Shown: piece by piece, positions 49,588-59,675 of the stretch | Layout of the letters: every line of letters starts with the position of its first letter | How positions within the stretch are numbered: the stretch's first letter is position 1 | DNA from: Longimicrobiales bacterium | GTDB lineage: Bacteria; Gemmatimonadota; Gemmatimonadetes; Longimicrobiales; Gaopeijiaceae | Assembly (NCBI GenBank): GCA_965219445.1 | Contig: CBDCNQ010000005.1 | Coordinates: 160,001-224,000, forward strand | Reading direction: 5' to 3' | Length of the DNA: 64,000 bases | The notes under the pieces: model-generated | The model's input: only the letters and a program-made list of their open reading frames with translations | Told to the model about the DNA's origin: nothing | Database searches by the model: none | Program-made: the position numbers and the translations under genes

Positions 49588-52041
49588 ATGCGTTTGAATC
49601 GAATCCTCTCGGCTGCGTTCATCGCGGCGCTTCCTCTCGCCTCCCCCCTATTGGCCCAGAACGGATCCGCCTCGGTGGAGGGGGTCGTGACCGCGCAGCA
49701 TAGCGGCTCCGCTCTCTCGGATGCCACGGTGGAGGTCGTTGGAGCCTCTCGCGGCGTGCTTACGGACGAAGCGGGACGCTATAAGCTCCGCGGGATTTCA
49801 TCTGGAACCATCTCATTGCGGTTCGTACGCATCGGGTACACCACGCTCACCAAGACCCTGACGCTCGAGAGAAACGATGCTCTGGTCGTAGATGCGCAGT
49901 TGGGAACGGGGCCGATCCGACTCGACCCGATGAGGGTGCTTTTCAAGCGCACCCGCATGGTCGGCGACCCCATGGGGGTGCTCGAGGCTCCAGGCGCCGT
50001 CCATGTGCTCGTTGCTGAGGATATCGACTCCCCGGCGTTCGCGTTCGACAACGTCCACGATTTTCTACGGCAGGTGCCGGGCGTGAACATTCAGGAGGAG
50101 GATGGATTCGGACTACGCCCCAACGTCGGGCTGAGAGGGACGGGCGCCGACCGCAGTTCGAAGATCACCCTCATGGAAGATGGCGTACTCATCGCACCCG
50201 CTCCGTACGCCGCTCCCGCGGCCTACTACTTCCCGGTCGCGGGAAGGATGGAGGCCTTGGAGGTTCGGAAGGGGTCGAGTCAGGTACGGTACGGGCCACG
50301 CACCATCGGTGGGGCTCTCAATCTCGTGTCGGCAAGCATCCCGGACCGTCTGACGTGGTTCGTCGAGGGCTCGGGCGGCGAGCATGGCAGTCTCCAGGGC
50401 CATGCTCGGGCGGGGGCCTCGGGAGAACGCTTCGGTTGGTTGATGGAAGCCTACTCAATGGGAACCGACGGCTTCAAGCAGTTGCCAAGTGGCGCGAGCA
50501 CAGGCTTTGACGTGGGCGACTACATGGCCAAGGTCCGCGTCAACTCGGATCGTCTAGGGGAGTCCTATCAGGAGTTGGAGCTGAAGCTCGGTTACACCGA
50601 CGAGGAGTCCGATGAAACCTACTTGGGTTTGACGGATGAGGACTTTGGCCAAAACCCCTTGGCTCGCTACACAGCTTCGGGTGCGGATCTCATGAAGGCT
50701 GAACACTCACAAATCCAGCTCCGGCATTTCTGGGCGGGGAGCAACACAGACGTCACGACGACTGCCTACCGGAATGACTTCTCACGCAATTGGTACAAGC
50801 TCCAGAGTGTCTTGGGCACGAGCATAAGCCGCGTCCTCGCAACGCCACAAGACCATGCCTCGGCCCTCGGCATCTTGCAGGGGGGGGGCAGCGATCCCGA
50901 CGCCCTGAGGGTGCGGGCTAACAACCGTGAATACTTCGGCCAGGGCGTGCAGTCGTCCCTAGGACTCACCCTGGGCATGCATGACGTCGAACTGGGCGCC
51001 CGGTTTCACCAGGACGAAGAGGACCGATTTCAGTGGGAAGACGGTTTTCAGATGCTCAATGGCTCGATGAGTCTCACGAGTGCGGGAGAGCCTGGGACGC
51101 AGTCCAATCGGGTCAACTCCGCTACCGCGATAGCGGCGTTTCTACAAGCCGAGATTTCTCTTGGGCCATGGCTAATCACGCCCGGCGTCAGGCTTGAGCG
51201 CATTGAATTCAAGCGCGTGGACTTTGCCGACGACGACGCAGCCCGAACGTCGCCTAAGCAAGCCAGAGTGAACCGGATTCACGCCTGGATTCCCGGGGTG
51301 GGATTCTCCTATCGGAGGCGCGCGTTGAGCGTCTTCGGGGGAGTGCACCGCGGGTTCGGCCCTCCGGGGCCCGGAGCGGATGAAGCCACCCGCCCGGAGA
51401 CCAGCGTGAACTATGAGACAGGAGTCCGGTGGCAGCGGTCTGGTCTGGCGGCGCAGACCGCTGGCTTCCTGAGTTTGTACGACAACATTCTGGGCCAGGC
51501 GACCCTGGCCACCGCGGGGGATGGGAGTGGACTGGCGTTCAATGGCGGCAGCGCACGCGTGGGTGGTGTCGAGGCATCTATGGATTATGATCTTGCCTGG
51601 GCAGTTCCCGGGGCGACGCGGGTGCCGTTACGGATGGCCTACACGTATACTCGCGCGTCATTTCGCTCCGGGTTCGTCTCTGATTACGAAGCGTGGGGCA
51701 CCGTCGAGGGGGGCGACCGCATGCCCTATCTGCCCGAGCACCAATTGAGCGCGAGCCTCGGCTATGACAATCCGGGTTGGAGTGTCTCGATCTCGATGAG
51801 TACTTCCGGAGCGATGCGGACGGAGGCGGGGTCTGGTCCCATTCCGGTGGGGCAGGGTACGGACTCCTTCGTGGTATTCAACGCTTCCGGCGAGGTCGAG
51901 GTCGGTGGGCGTGGGACCCTGTTCGCCGGCCTGCAGAACCTCACGAACCAGGTTTACGGTGTGGCTCGACGCCCGGCCGGGCTGCGTCCCGGGCTGCCCC
52001 GCACTCTGGTGGCGGGTTTCCGCGTCGCGGGCGGGCGGTAA
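49588..52041 (+). CDS. FecA-like TonB-dependent receptor
   Basis: Signal peptide, N-terminal carboxypeptidase-regulatory-like domain, EEDGFGLRPNVGLRG, EVRKG...YGPRTIGGALN. Confidence 0.92.
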   Translation: MRLNRILSAAFIAALPLASPLLAQNGSASVEGVVTAQHSGSALSDATVEVVGASRGVLTDEAGRYKLRGISSGTISLRFVRIGYTTLTKTLTLERNDALVVDAQLGTGPIRLDPMRVLFKRTRMVGDPMGVLEAPGAVHVLVAEDIDSPAFAFDNVHDFLRQVPGVNIQEEDGFGLRPNVGLRGTGADRSSKITLMEDGVLIAPAPYAAPAAYYFPVAGRMEALEVRKGSSQVRYGPRTIGGALNLVSASIPDRLTWFVEGSGGEHGSLQGHARAGASGERFGWLMEAYSMGTDGFKQLPSGASTGFDVGDYMAKVRVNSDRLGESYQELELKLGYTDEESDETYLGLTDEDFGQNPLARYTASGADLMKAEHSQIQLRHFWAGSNTDVTTTAYRNDFSRNWYKLQSVLGTSISRVLATPQDHASALGILQGGGSDPDALRVRANNREYFGQGVQSSLGLTLGMHDVELGARFHQDEEDRFQWEDGFQMLNGSMSLTSAGEPGTQSNRVNSATAIAAFLQAEISLGPWLITPGVRLERIEFKRVDFADDDAARTSPKQARVNRIHAWIPGVGFSYRRRALSVFGGVHRGFGPPGPGADEATRPETSVNYETGVRWQRSGLAAQTAGFLSLYDNILGQATLATAGDGSGLAFNGGSARVGGVEASMDYDLAWAVPGATRVPLRMAYTYTRASFRSGFVSDYEAWGTVEGGDRMPYLPEHQLSASLGYDNPGWSVSISMSTSGAMRTEAGSGPIPVGQGTDSFVVFNASGEVEVGGRGTLFAGLQNLTNQVYGVARRPAGLRPGLPRTLVAGFRVAGGR

Positions 52042-52066
52042 CGGGCTCTACGATAGCCTGGATCGC

Positions 52067-52680
52067 ATGACTGAAGAGATCGCTGAACACGGCGTTCCGC
52101 TGCACGTGGTTACGGAGTGGGCCGATCGATTTCCGTGGCTGTGTGCCGGGATCAGCCATGCTGGATCTGGCCCCGATCCGTTCGATCTCCGGCTGTTCGG
52201 TGAGCCGACGTCGCCGCGAGCCCCTGCACGGTGGAAGCATCTGCTCCAGGCCTCCGCGTTCGAAACGATCGTGCATGCCCGCCAAGTCCACGAGACCCGG
52301 ATTGTTGTTCACGACCAGCTTGGCGGGGGCGTGCGAGAGGCGGAGGGAGCGGCGGACGGCCACGCCACCGCCGAATCGGGTGTTCTCCTGGCGGTCACCG
52401 TTGCCGACTGTGTGCCGATCTATCTTCTCGATGCAGACGCGCGAGCGGTGGCCCTTCTACACGGCGGGTGGCGAGGGATCGCTGCGGGTATCCTTCACCG
52501 TGGGATTACTCTCCTCGGCACAAGGTGGGGGACTGACCCCAAGCGCCTTCTCGTTCATCTGGGCCCCGCCATCTGCGGAGCATGTTACGAGGTGGGCCCT
52601 GAGGTGTTCAGTGCGCTGGCCGTCGATGTCCCACCGCATGCGGCTCCCGTGGATGTGCGAGGTGTGTTGGCCCAGCGGAG
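52067..52680 (+). pseudogene. pgeF: YfiH/PgeF (polyphenol oxidase-like/nucleoside phosphorylase) gene, apparently 3'-truncated
   Basis: RQVH, ADG, VADCVP, HGGWRG, GPAICGACYEVG; the family's C-terminal FS(Y/H)R...GR is missing and base composition changes at about 52680. Confidence 0.75.
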
Positions 52681-53468
52681 TACAGATCTTGTAAATCACG
52701 GCAAGAGATCACGTAAGTCTAATCAGGACTGCACGATCTGCCGCTCTTGCCGTTGGAGCGCATCCGATCGCGCCGTCCCGAAACAGCCGGAATGCAGTGG
52801 CGAACGGCGGGAAATCCGGGGGGTGATTTCGACGTACTTGGAGGTCGGCGGGTAGCTCCTTCAAGCCTTCCGACATACCTCGTATCGCCGGTGCGCGTCG
52901 CCCAACCCGGAGGGGGGCTTGCCGACCCTCCCCTACGGACTCGGTCCTCCTTCCGTCCATCAGCAAACCTGCCGGGGCATTCCCTGCTATCATTACCCCA
53001 TGACCAACGGACCGACCCTGAACTGGATGGATCGAACGCCGGGGGTGGATCTTCGTTCACTCCACCCCGCCGACCACCTCATGGCGGCCTCCCGGCGAAC
53101 GCTCCTGCTCTGCCCTGATCTACTAGAAGCGGAGCCGCCACGACGTGGGCACCTCCGTTGCCACTCTGAGCGAGCGCCCGGCGGCGCATGAAGGTATCCA
53201 AGTTGATTCGTCGGTCGAGAGGCCTCGTTTGGCTCGCTCTCGCTCCGTTTCTTCACCGTGGCAACAGGTGGACGCGCAAGGCAGCGAGACGGCAGGAGCC
53301 GACGTTCTGGATCAGTCGCGATCAGGTTAGGCGCGTGCGGTTCAAGGTCCTCAGGGCCCTCTTCCAGCGCAGGCATTCCTTCAAGGAGGGCCTGAAGGCA
53401 ACCGCCGTTGCCAAGGGGATTGTTAGGGCGATTATAAGGAATACTAGACGGACCCAACCCTGCGGGTG

Positions 53469-53917
53469 TTAGATTGGTCGCTTAATAACAACGGAGCCGG
53501 TCGGCCCATCGTAAACCATCTGGAACCTTTGAAGGAATGTTCGACCAATCAAGGCTCGATGCCGCTGGCCACCGGTAGCTAAATGAACACCCGCAAATGT
53601 TCCAAAGATCGTGAAGTCCAGTGTGGGCACATAGACCTGAGCAAGGTGCACGTTGACAGGATGCGCTCCGTGCGTACCGGAAACACTGCGCCAACCACGG
53701 GAAGTCCTAGCTCAGTAGCAAGAAGGCTGTCAATACAGCTCTCACTGGCACCAGTGTCTACGAGCGCATCGGCGTTGCTGATCCCAGACACCGGCCGACC
53801 TCGGCTTACTGCCCGGTAATCTGGATCGAAGCCTATGTCAACCTGAATGGTTGGACCAATTGCAACTAAGAGATCTGACGCGGCAGGGCCATCAAAGCCA
53901 CAACCGACACTAGTCAA
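53469..53917 (-). pseudogene. Retropepsin-like aspartic protease, frameshifted near 53692
   Basis: ALVDTGASESCID in ORF 53579..53917; ALIGRTFL...YDG in ORF 53469..53651; a shifted frame gives LPVV-RSVSGTHGAHPVNVHLAQ. Confidence 0.8.
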
Positions 53918-54158
53918 ACCTAAACGCCACAGATGCCGGAAGTGTTACTGGTGGTGATCCGATCTGCCGAATAAGGTACGGCCCCCGACCGAATCGTTCC
54001 ACGGCAACATTCGCCGCATCTTCGAAATTATCATAAATTCCGATTAGTTTACGATGGTAAACGAGCACCCACCGACCAACTGCCTTGACCTCCAGATCGT
54101 CTTGGAGTTCGCGATACGCTGCGATCTCCTCCATAATGCTGTCAGGTTCTGGCTGCAT
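53910..54158 (-). CDS. Small DUF5678-like protein
   Basis: EIAAY...GRWVLVY..KLIGIYD.FEDA...RFG..PYLIRQIG; GGAGG RBS; overlaps the protease start. Confidence 0.65.
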   Translation of the reverse strand: MQPEPDSIMEEIAAYRELQDDLEVKAVGRWVLVYHRKLIGIYDNFEDAANVAVERFGRGPYLIRQIGSPPVTLPASVAFRFD

Positions 54159-54217
54159 TACGATACCTCCGATCATTCCGGTGATCACGCTGGGCCCCTC
54201 CCAGGCCTTCGCTCTAT

Positions 54218-54403
54218 TCAAACGGCATGACTGGCCGGATCCTTCCCCTTTTTCTTCGATGGAGGGCTCAAAAGGATCTTGACCGCTTTTCCTGGAGTCA
54301 GATCACGATATCTCGGATTCTCCGAACGCGAGGAATCCGACTCCGCCAGCCTCTTCAGCCGTTCCTTTTCAGACATCCGCTGACGGCCGCTTCGTTTAGT
54401 CAT
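54218..54403 (-). CDS. Small basic hypothetical protein
   Basis: 61 aa, GAGGA RBS upstream, co-oriented with the DUF5678-like gene. Confidence 0.45.
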   Translation of the reverse strand: MTKRSGRQRMSEKERLKRLAESDSSRSENPRYRDLTPGKAVKILLSPPSKKKGKDPASHAV

Positions 54404-54477
54404 TCCGATTTATCCTCATAAGGGAATCTAAGATAGGGAAGCCACCGCAAACCCTGCAAGGCAGCAGCCCCCTCCCG

Positions 54478-55939
54478 TGTGATATTGAAACAGAAATGTC
54501 CCACTTCGTTGAAACAGAAATGTCACACTCCGGAGTTTGTGAGCTCGCGATAGAGCAAACGGCTTGGACGGGGTGTGGAGATGCTTTCGATGAGTGTGAA
54601 GGAAAGGGACAGGTTGGTCGTGGTACGACAGGTGATCGAAAGGGAGCTGACGGTGACCAGAGGGGCCGAAGTATTGGGTGTGAGCCGCAGACAGCTGCAC
54701 CGTGTGCTCGGTCGCTACGACGAGGAGGGAGACAGCGGGGTGGTGCATCGAGCTCGGGGCAGGAGGCCGAACAACGCGAAGAGCGAGAGCTTCAAGAGCA
54801 GGGTGCTGGAGGGAGCACGCGAGGAGGTGTTCTTCGACTTCGGCCCGACACTGCTGGCCGAGCACCTCGGCCGTGATCCCCAGATCGGTGAGCTCAACCC
54901 TCACACGCTCAGGCGCTGGATGATCGAGGCGGGGCTGTGGACCCACAAACAGAGACGCCTCAGGCACCGGCGGCGCCGTGAACGCCGGGCTGCCTTCGGT
55001 GAGATGGTGCAGATGGACACCTCCATACACGCCTGGCTCGAGAACCGAAGCACGGAGGAGATCGTGCTGGTCGCGATGATCGATGATGCCACGAGCCGCC
55101 TCACGGCCCGCTTCTTCCCCCGAGACACCGGGGCAGCCAACCGGCAGCTACTCGTCGAGTACCTGGAGCGCCACGGGCGCATGGGTGCCCTGTACACTGA
55201 TCGGGCCAGCCACTTCACCTCACACTTCCAGGCGTCCTCCAGAAGGGCCAAGGACCTCAAGGAAGCGCTCACCCTCATCCGTCGGGCGCTCGAGGCGCTG
55301 GACATTGCCCTCATCCGGGCCCTGTCGCCTCAGGCCAAGGGGCGGATCGAGCGCTGTTTCGGGACGCTGCAGGATCGGCTGCTGAGGGAGATGCGTGTGG
55401 CCCAGATCTGCTCGCTCGAGTCTGCCAACCGCTTTCTCGACGAACACTTCCTGCCGTTCTGGGAGCGCCGCTTCACGGTCGAACCCGCCGATCCCGTCGA
55501 TACGCACCGCCCTCTGCCCGAGGGCGTCGATCTTCAGCGTCTATTCGCCGAGGAAGAACGAAGAGTGATCGGAGCCGACTTCACCTTCCGCTACAACAAC
55601 TGCTTCTACCAGATCAACGAGCCCGAAGCCGATGCGGCAATGCCCAAGACCAAGATCACCATCGAACGCAGGCTCGACGGCTCCACACACTTTCGCTGGC
55701 GCGAGCGCTACGTGAAACCTATGGAGCTGGGCCGCACCAAACCCCGCCCAGCCCCCGAACCCAAGGCTGTGCGCAAGCCTGAACCTAGACCCACCCCACC
55801 GCTCCCCACGGCCAACCATCCGTGGAAGCGCTACCCCGTGCGCTGCGGTAAGAACGACCCGATGAGATCCCGCAGGCACTAAACAACGTTCACCCCGCAC
55901 CACCCCATGGAGGTGTGACATTTCTGTTTCAACGAGACA
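54478..55939 (+). mobile_element. Complete IS1202-family (ISNCY-type) insertion sequence, 1462 bp, with 16-bp target-site duplication
   Basis: Ends TGT...ACA; motif TTGAAACAGAAATGTC twice at the left end and once inverted at the right; flanking DR cagcagccccctcccg at 54462..54477 and 55940..55955. Confidence 0.93.
54575..55882 (+). CDS. DDE transposase (IS1202/ISNCY family)
   Basis: N-terminal HTH, DFGPTL..EHL, QMDTS.H.W, IDDATS, YTDR, PQAKGRIER.F.TLQDRL. Confidence 0.94.
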   Translation: MEMLSMSVKERDRLVVVRQVIERELTVTRGAEVLGVSRRQLHRVLGRYDEEGDSGVVHRARGRRPNNAKSESFKSRVLEGAREEVFFDFGPTLLAEHLGRDPQIGELNPHTLRRWMIEAGLWTHKQRRLRHRRRRERRAAFGEMVQMDTSIHAWLENRSTEEIVLVAMIDDATSRLTARFFPRDTGAANRQLLVEYLERHGRMGALYTDRASHFTSHFQASSRRAKDLKEALTLIRRALEALDIALIRALSPQAKGRIERCFGTLQDRLLREMRVAQICSLESANRFLDEHFLPFWERRFTVEPADPVDTHRPLPEGVDLQRLFAEEERRVIGADFTFRYNNCFYQINEPEADAAMPKTKITIERRLDGSTHFRWRERYVKPMELGRTKPRPAPEPKAVRKPEPRPTPPLPTANHPWKRYPVRCGKNDPMRSRRH

Positions 55940-56037
55940 CAGCAGCCCCCTCCCGCTTGCTTGAAGCTCCCTGACTACGTACCCTATTCTCCTCGTCAAA
56001 CCACCGCATCTGGAACGTCGGCTTAAAGAACAACACC

Positions 56038-56927
56038 ATGAAAAGAGTCGGAACATCTTTCGGCTGGAGGGTTGGATACGGCGGCATTCTCCTAATCCTC
56101 CTAGCGCACCCGCATGCTCACTAGCACAGCAGCCAACGCCGGAGGAGCAGCAAACCATCATTCAACTCCAAGGCGAGCTAGCGCAGGTTGAGTCAGAGAT
56201 AGAGTCAGCCGAAGAAGATAACCGCGCTTACAGCGGTGGCTTGATTAAGACGTTGATTGCGCTCCGCCTCGAAATCCTGAAGACCAATCATGCCCTCATC
56301 CAGCAGCGGGTTCACGCTCTGGAGAGCGGTGCTGAGATTGACATAGTCGTGATCGGGTTCCGACCCGATCACGAGCTGGCTGCCACTCTCCTTGCTGAGA
56401 TTGAGAACCAGCGGACCAAGGTTGCCGAGGCTGAGAAGGAAGCCGCTCGCTACGCAGGAGGTCTAGTTCGGGCAATGGCTTTGAGTGCGGTTGCCACCCA
56501 GCGAAACACGTTGGCCATGCTTGAACAAAGGTACTTCAGTGCAGAGTATGGTTTAGCAACACCGCCAATGCCGGCCGCCTCACCGGAGGCGGGCAACGTC
56601 AGCGGGGCCACCCCCGCGGCGCCTGTGAGTAATCCAGCCGCTGACTGTCTAGATATCGAAGACTTTGATTCAAGTGTTCTGGACAGTAACAGCGTTTTTG
56701 TTGAACTTGCATGGAGAGTGAACGTGGCAAACTCATGTGAACAGCCGTTCCAGGCGTCGGTGACTTTCAACATCTACGACAGCGATGACTTCGAGCTCGA
56801 TTCTGACGACGAGACTGTTTTTATTCCGGCAAATGGAACAGTCGTCGCTCGCGGCACAATGCTCCTTAGCCCTCCCTCAAAGGCTCAACGCATGTCTAAG
56901 CAGGGAGTGAGTCTGTCTTTGCGGTAG
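56038..56927 (+). pseudogene. Secreted coiled-coil protein with C-terminal FxLYD-like domain; frameshift near 56110
   Basis: ATG 56038 gives a signal-like MKRVG..GILLILLA then a stop; the body (YSGGLIK/YAGGLVR repeats, VTFNIYDSDDFELDSD) is in another frame. Confidence 0.55.
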
Positions 56928-57360
56928 AAACTGACGGGCTGTTCCAGAACGAGAAGTCATGCCATTTGAATGATTGATTGATTCGAGCATCAAGGGAACC
57001 AAGGGAGGATCCTGCGGGTATCGAGGGAGATGAGAAAAGAGGGGAAAGCCCTTGGCGCCGTGTTGGTGACTCCACTTCGGGCGTGATGCCCGCACTGACA
57101 GATGGGATGTAAGGTGGACATCCCGGAAGGCGGCCGACGAACACTCCTCCCCCCGCCCGGCGACTCCGCCGGAGAGCGGGCCTCCGGGGATCCGGGGCGT
57201 GGCTCGGTTACCGAACTGTCCCGGATCGAACGCACTTCAACCGACCGCGATCGAGGCTCTACTCAGGCCCTCTGGGAGCAGCTCGAGCGGGCGCTGGCGG
57301 AGCCCGGTCCGGCTGTGGGACGTGGTTGGATCTCTTGGAATCTCCCCTCTCTTCCCGTAC

Positions 57361-57389
57361 TTGACACTGCACGAAACGGGCTCTTCAAT
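57361..57389 (+). promoter_or_regulatory. Sigma70-like promoter
   Basis: TTGACA-N17-TTCAAT. Confidence 0.4.
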
Positions 57390-57510
57390 GTAGCTGGTAT
57401 GGACACCCTGACGGCCCTGAACTGGCTGCCCCCGAGCACGATCTGCGCAGGCCGCCGCCTGCGCACCTGGTTTACCTCCGATGTCCCGGTCCTGAGGCCC
57501 AGAACAGGCC

Positions 57511-58185
57511 ATGAGACAAAAAAAGCCCGGCATGCGTCACCGAGCCCTTACTGCCGCCCTGCCGCAGGGCCGGATCAACGCCGCCGTGGGCCAAGTGCTC
57601 GCCGATCAGGCCGTCGAGCAGGCGAACCGGATGCAGCAGGCCGAGCTGGCCCGGCTCGAGCGGCTCGGCATCGAACGCCGGATCCTGCCCCTCAGGGCCT
57701 ACCGGCGCGCCGCCGGTAACACCCGGCGCTATTTCCCGCTCAAACTGCCCGTCGCGCTGGACTCGGGCCGCGCCGTGGTCGTCTACGTCGATCCCGGCCA
57801 CGACACCTCGACCGCGCTCCGCTCCTGGGGAGCGGCGCACCGCGGGCTCTGGCACGCGCTCGAAAACCAAGGCCGGTCCGTCGAGGTCGTCGCGGTCGCG
57901 CGCGCTTCGCGGGAGCTCGAGTGAGCCCGACGCGTGATGCGCGGTTGGGCCGAAGCCTCCGGCCCCGGCGAGCCCGACGACGGGATCCGCGAGGAACTGG
58001 CCCGGATCGAGCGGGCGATCCTTCAGGGCGCGGTCCAGATCCTGGAGGAGTTCGGAGGCCTGCAGGCCGCCATGAAGCGTAGCGTCGTGCTCGAGAAGCA
58101 GGTGCGCCGCCAGCCCGGACCCGGGTCCATCCGGCGCGCCAGCACCTGGCGGACGGTGCGTCTCGCGGGGGTGCGCTACCGATGA
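57511..58185 (+). pseudogene. Integrase-associated hypothetical protein remnant with in-frame TGA at 57922
   Basis: ORFs 57511..57924 and 57934..58185 share a frame (RRYFPLKLPVALD...YVDPG...RSWG...RELE*ARRVMRGW). Confidence 0.55.
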
Positions 58186-58460
58186 CCGGCGCGCGACTTA
58201 CGGCCGCACTGGAGTGCGCAAACGACGCGGGGGGCCGATGCGCACTTTGGCCCTCCGGCGATGCGCACGCGTGCTACGGAGTAAGCCACGACACGGCCAC
58301 GTCTTGCGCCTACACGCCCAGATAGAATCCCATGACGCTTCATATCGTCCATTAGAGCCCATAACATACTGTATTACAACACTTTGTGATCTTCACGCAG
58401 TCCCTCGTATTCCTCACAACGTCCCTTGATATCCACTACCATCTCCTATATTATGAGGTA

Positions 58461-59675
58461 ATGTATGACGTAACGAACCCCTGCGATCCGCCCCGGAAGA
58501 CCAAACCCAAGGGCCGCCACCCCGACAAGGCCCTGTCGGCCGCCTTCGTGCGTACGGCCCCGTCGGGCAGGCATTGCGACGGTAACGGGCTCTACCTCTT
58601 CGTTCAGCCGAGCGGAGCCCGGAGCTGGGTTCAACGCCTAGTCATCCGCGGGCGGCGTCGCGACTTCGGACTCGGCAGCGTCGCGCTGGTCTCGCTCGCC
58701 GAGGCACGTGAGAAGGCGCGAGCGAACCGCAAGCTGGCGCGCGAGGGCGGTGACCCGCTCGCGGAGAAACGCCGCGCCCGGGGCATGCCGAGCTTTGCGG
58801 AAGCGGCCGCGAAGGTGGTGGAGCAGAAGCGGACCGGTTGGCGCAGTCCGAAGCAGGTCCACGACTGGATGTCGAGCCTGGAGCGCTACGCCTTCCCGCG
58901 CATTGGCGAGATGGCGGTCTCGGATGTGACGGGCGCCGATGTGCTGGAGATCCTCACTCCGATCTGGTACGTGAAGGCGGCCTTAGCGCGCAACGTCCGG
59001 TGGAGGATCCGGGCGGTGCTGGAGTGGGCAGTAGCGATGGAGCTCAGGACCGACAACCCCTGCGACCGGCTCGGCTCGGTGCTGGGGCCACAGCATGACG
59101 TGGTGCGGCACCTGCGGGCGTTGCCGCATCGCGAGGTGGGATCGGCAGTCGAGGCGGCGCGAACATCGGACGCGGAGCCAGCCGTCCGTCTGGCGTTCGA
59201 GTTCCTGGTGCTGACGGCGGCGAGGTGGAGCGAGGTGCGGTGGGCAGAGTGGGCCGAGATTGATCGGAAGGATGCGGTGTGGACGGTTCCCCCGGCGCGC
59301 ATGAAGGGGAGGCGGGAGCACCGGGTTCCGCTATGTGGCCGCGCGACGGAGATCCTCGAGGAGGCTCGGAAGCTCGGAGACGGCAGCCCCCTCGTGTTCA
59401 CTCTCGGGGGCGGGCACCCGATTTTCGACAAGCGGCTGCGCCGGCTACTCCGGAAGCTCGAGATCGCGGCCGTGCCCCACGGTTTCCGGTCTTCGTTCCG
59501 CGACTGGGTGGCCGAGGAGACGGACCATCCGCGCGAAGTCGTCGAAGCCGCGCTGGCGCATGTGGTCCGGAACAAAGTCGAGGCAGCCTATCGGCGCACG
59601 GACCTGTTCGAGCGCCGCCGTGTCTTGATGGAGGACTGGGCCGCGTACCTGGCCGGCGGGACCTCGAGAAGCTGA
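58461..59675 (+). CDS. P4-like tyrosine integrase with Arm DNA-binding domain
   Basis: DGNGLYL, RRRDFGLG..VSLAEAR, LTAAR..E, MK..REHRVPL, HGFRSSFRDW, LAH, AAY; all catalytic residues present. Confidence 0.95.
   Translation: MYDVTNPCDPPRKTKPKGRHPDKALSAAFVRTAPSGRHCDGNGLYLFVQPSGARSWVQRLVIRGRRRDFGLGSVALVSLAEAREKARANRKLAREGGDPLAEKRRARGMPSFAEAAAKVVEQKRTGWRSPKQVHDWMSSLERYAFPRIGEMAVSDVTGADVLEILTPIWYVKAALARNVRWRIRAVLEWAVAMELRTDNPCDRLGSVLGPQHDVVRHLRALPHREVGSAVEAARTSDAEPAVRLAFEFLVLTAARWSEVRWAEWAEIDRKDAVWTVPPARMKGRREHRVPLCGRATEILEEARKLGDGSPLVFTLGGGHPIFDKRLRRLLRKLEIAAVPHGFRSSFRDWVAEETDHPREVVEAALAHVVRNKVEAAYRRTDLFERRRVLMEDWAAYLAGGTSRS
59633..59662 (+). repeat. 30-bp att-like repeat, copy 1 (inside the integrase 3' end)
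   Basis: 27/30 identical to 63316..63345. Confidence 0.8.

Noticed and set aside
52885..52940. Hairpin ending in cccctac resembling group II intron domain VI
   Set aside because: No recognisable domain V and no reverse transcriptase remnant
52700..53460. Short ORFs in the island's left part (and in 59700..60340)
   Set aside because: No recognisable motifs or consistent coding signal
53320..53475. GTTAGGC and GTTAGAT as integron attC cores
   Set aside because: No matching RYYYAAC arm or attC stem, and the integrase present is P4-like, not IntI
55973..55992. Partner inverted repeat for the putative IS1595 end at 53427
   Set aside because: Only about half the positions match and there is no flanking duplication
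56937..56960. gggctgttccagaa resembling an IS terminal repeat
   Set aside because: No partner end or transposase fragment found
3713..57924. TGA-to-Trp or selenocysteine recoding suggested by two in-frame TGAs
   Set aside because: Many genes end in TGA at family-typical positions; neither site looks like a catalytic Cys position
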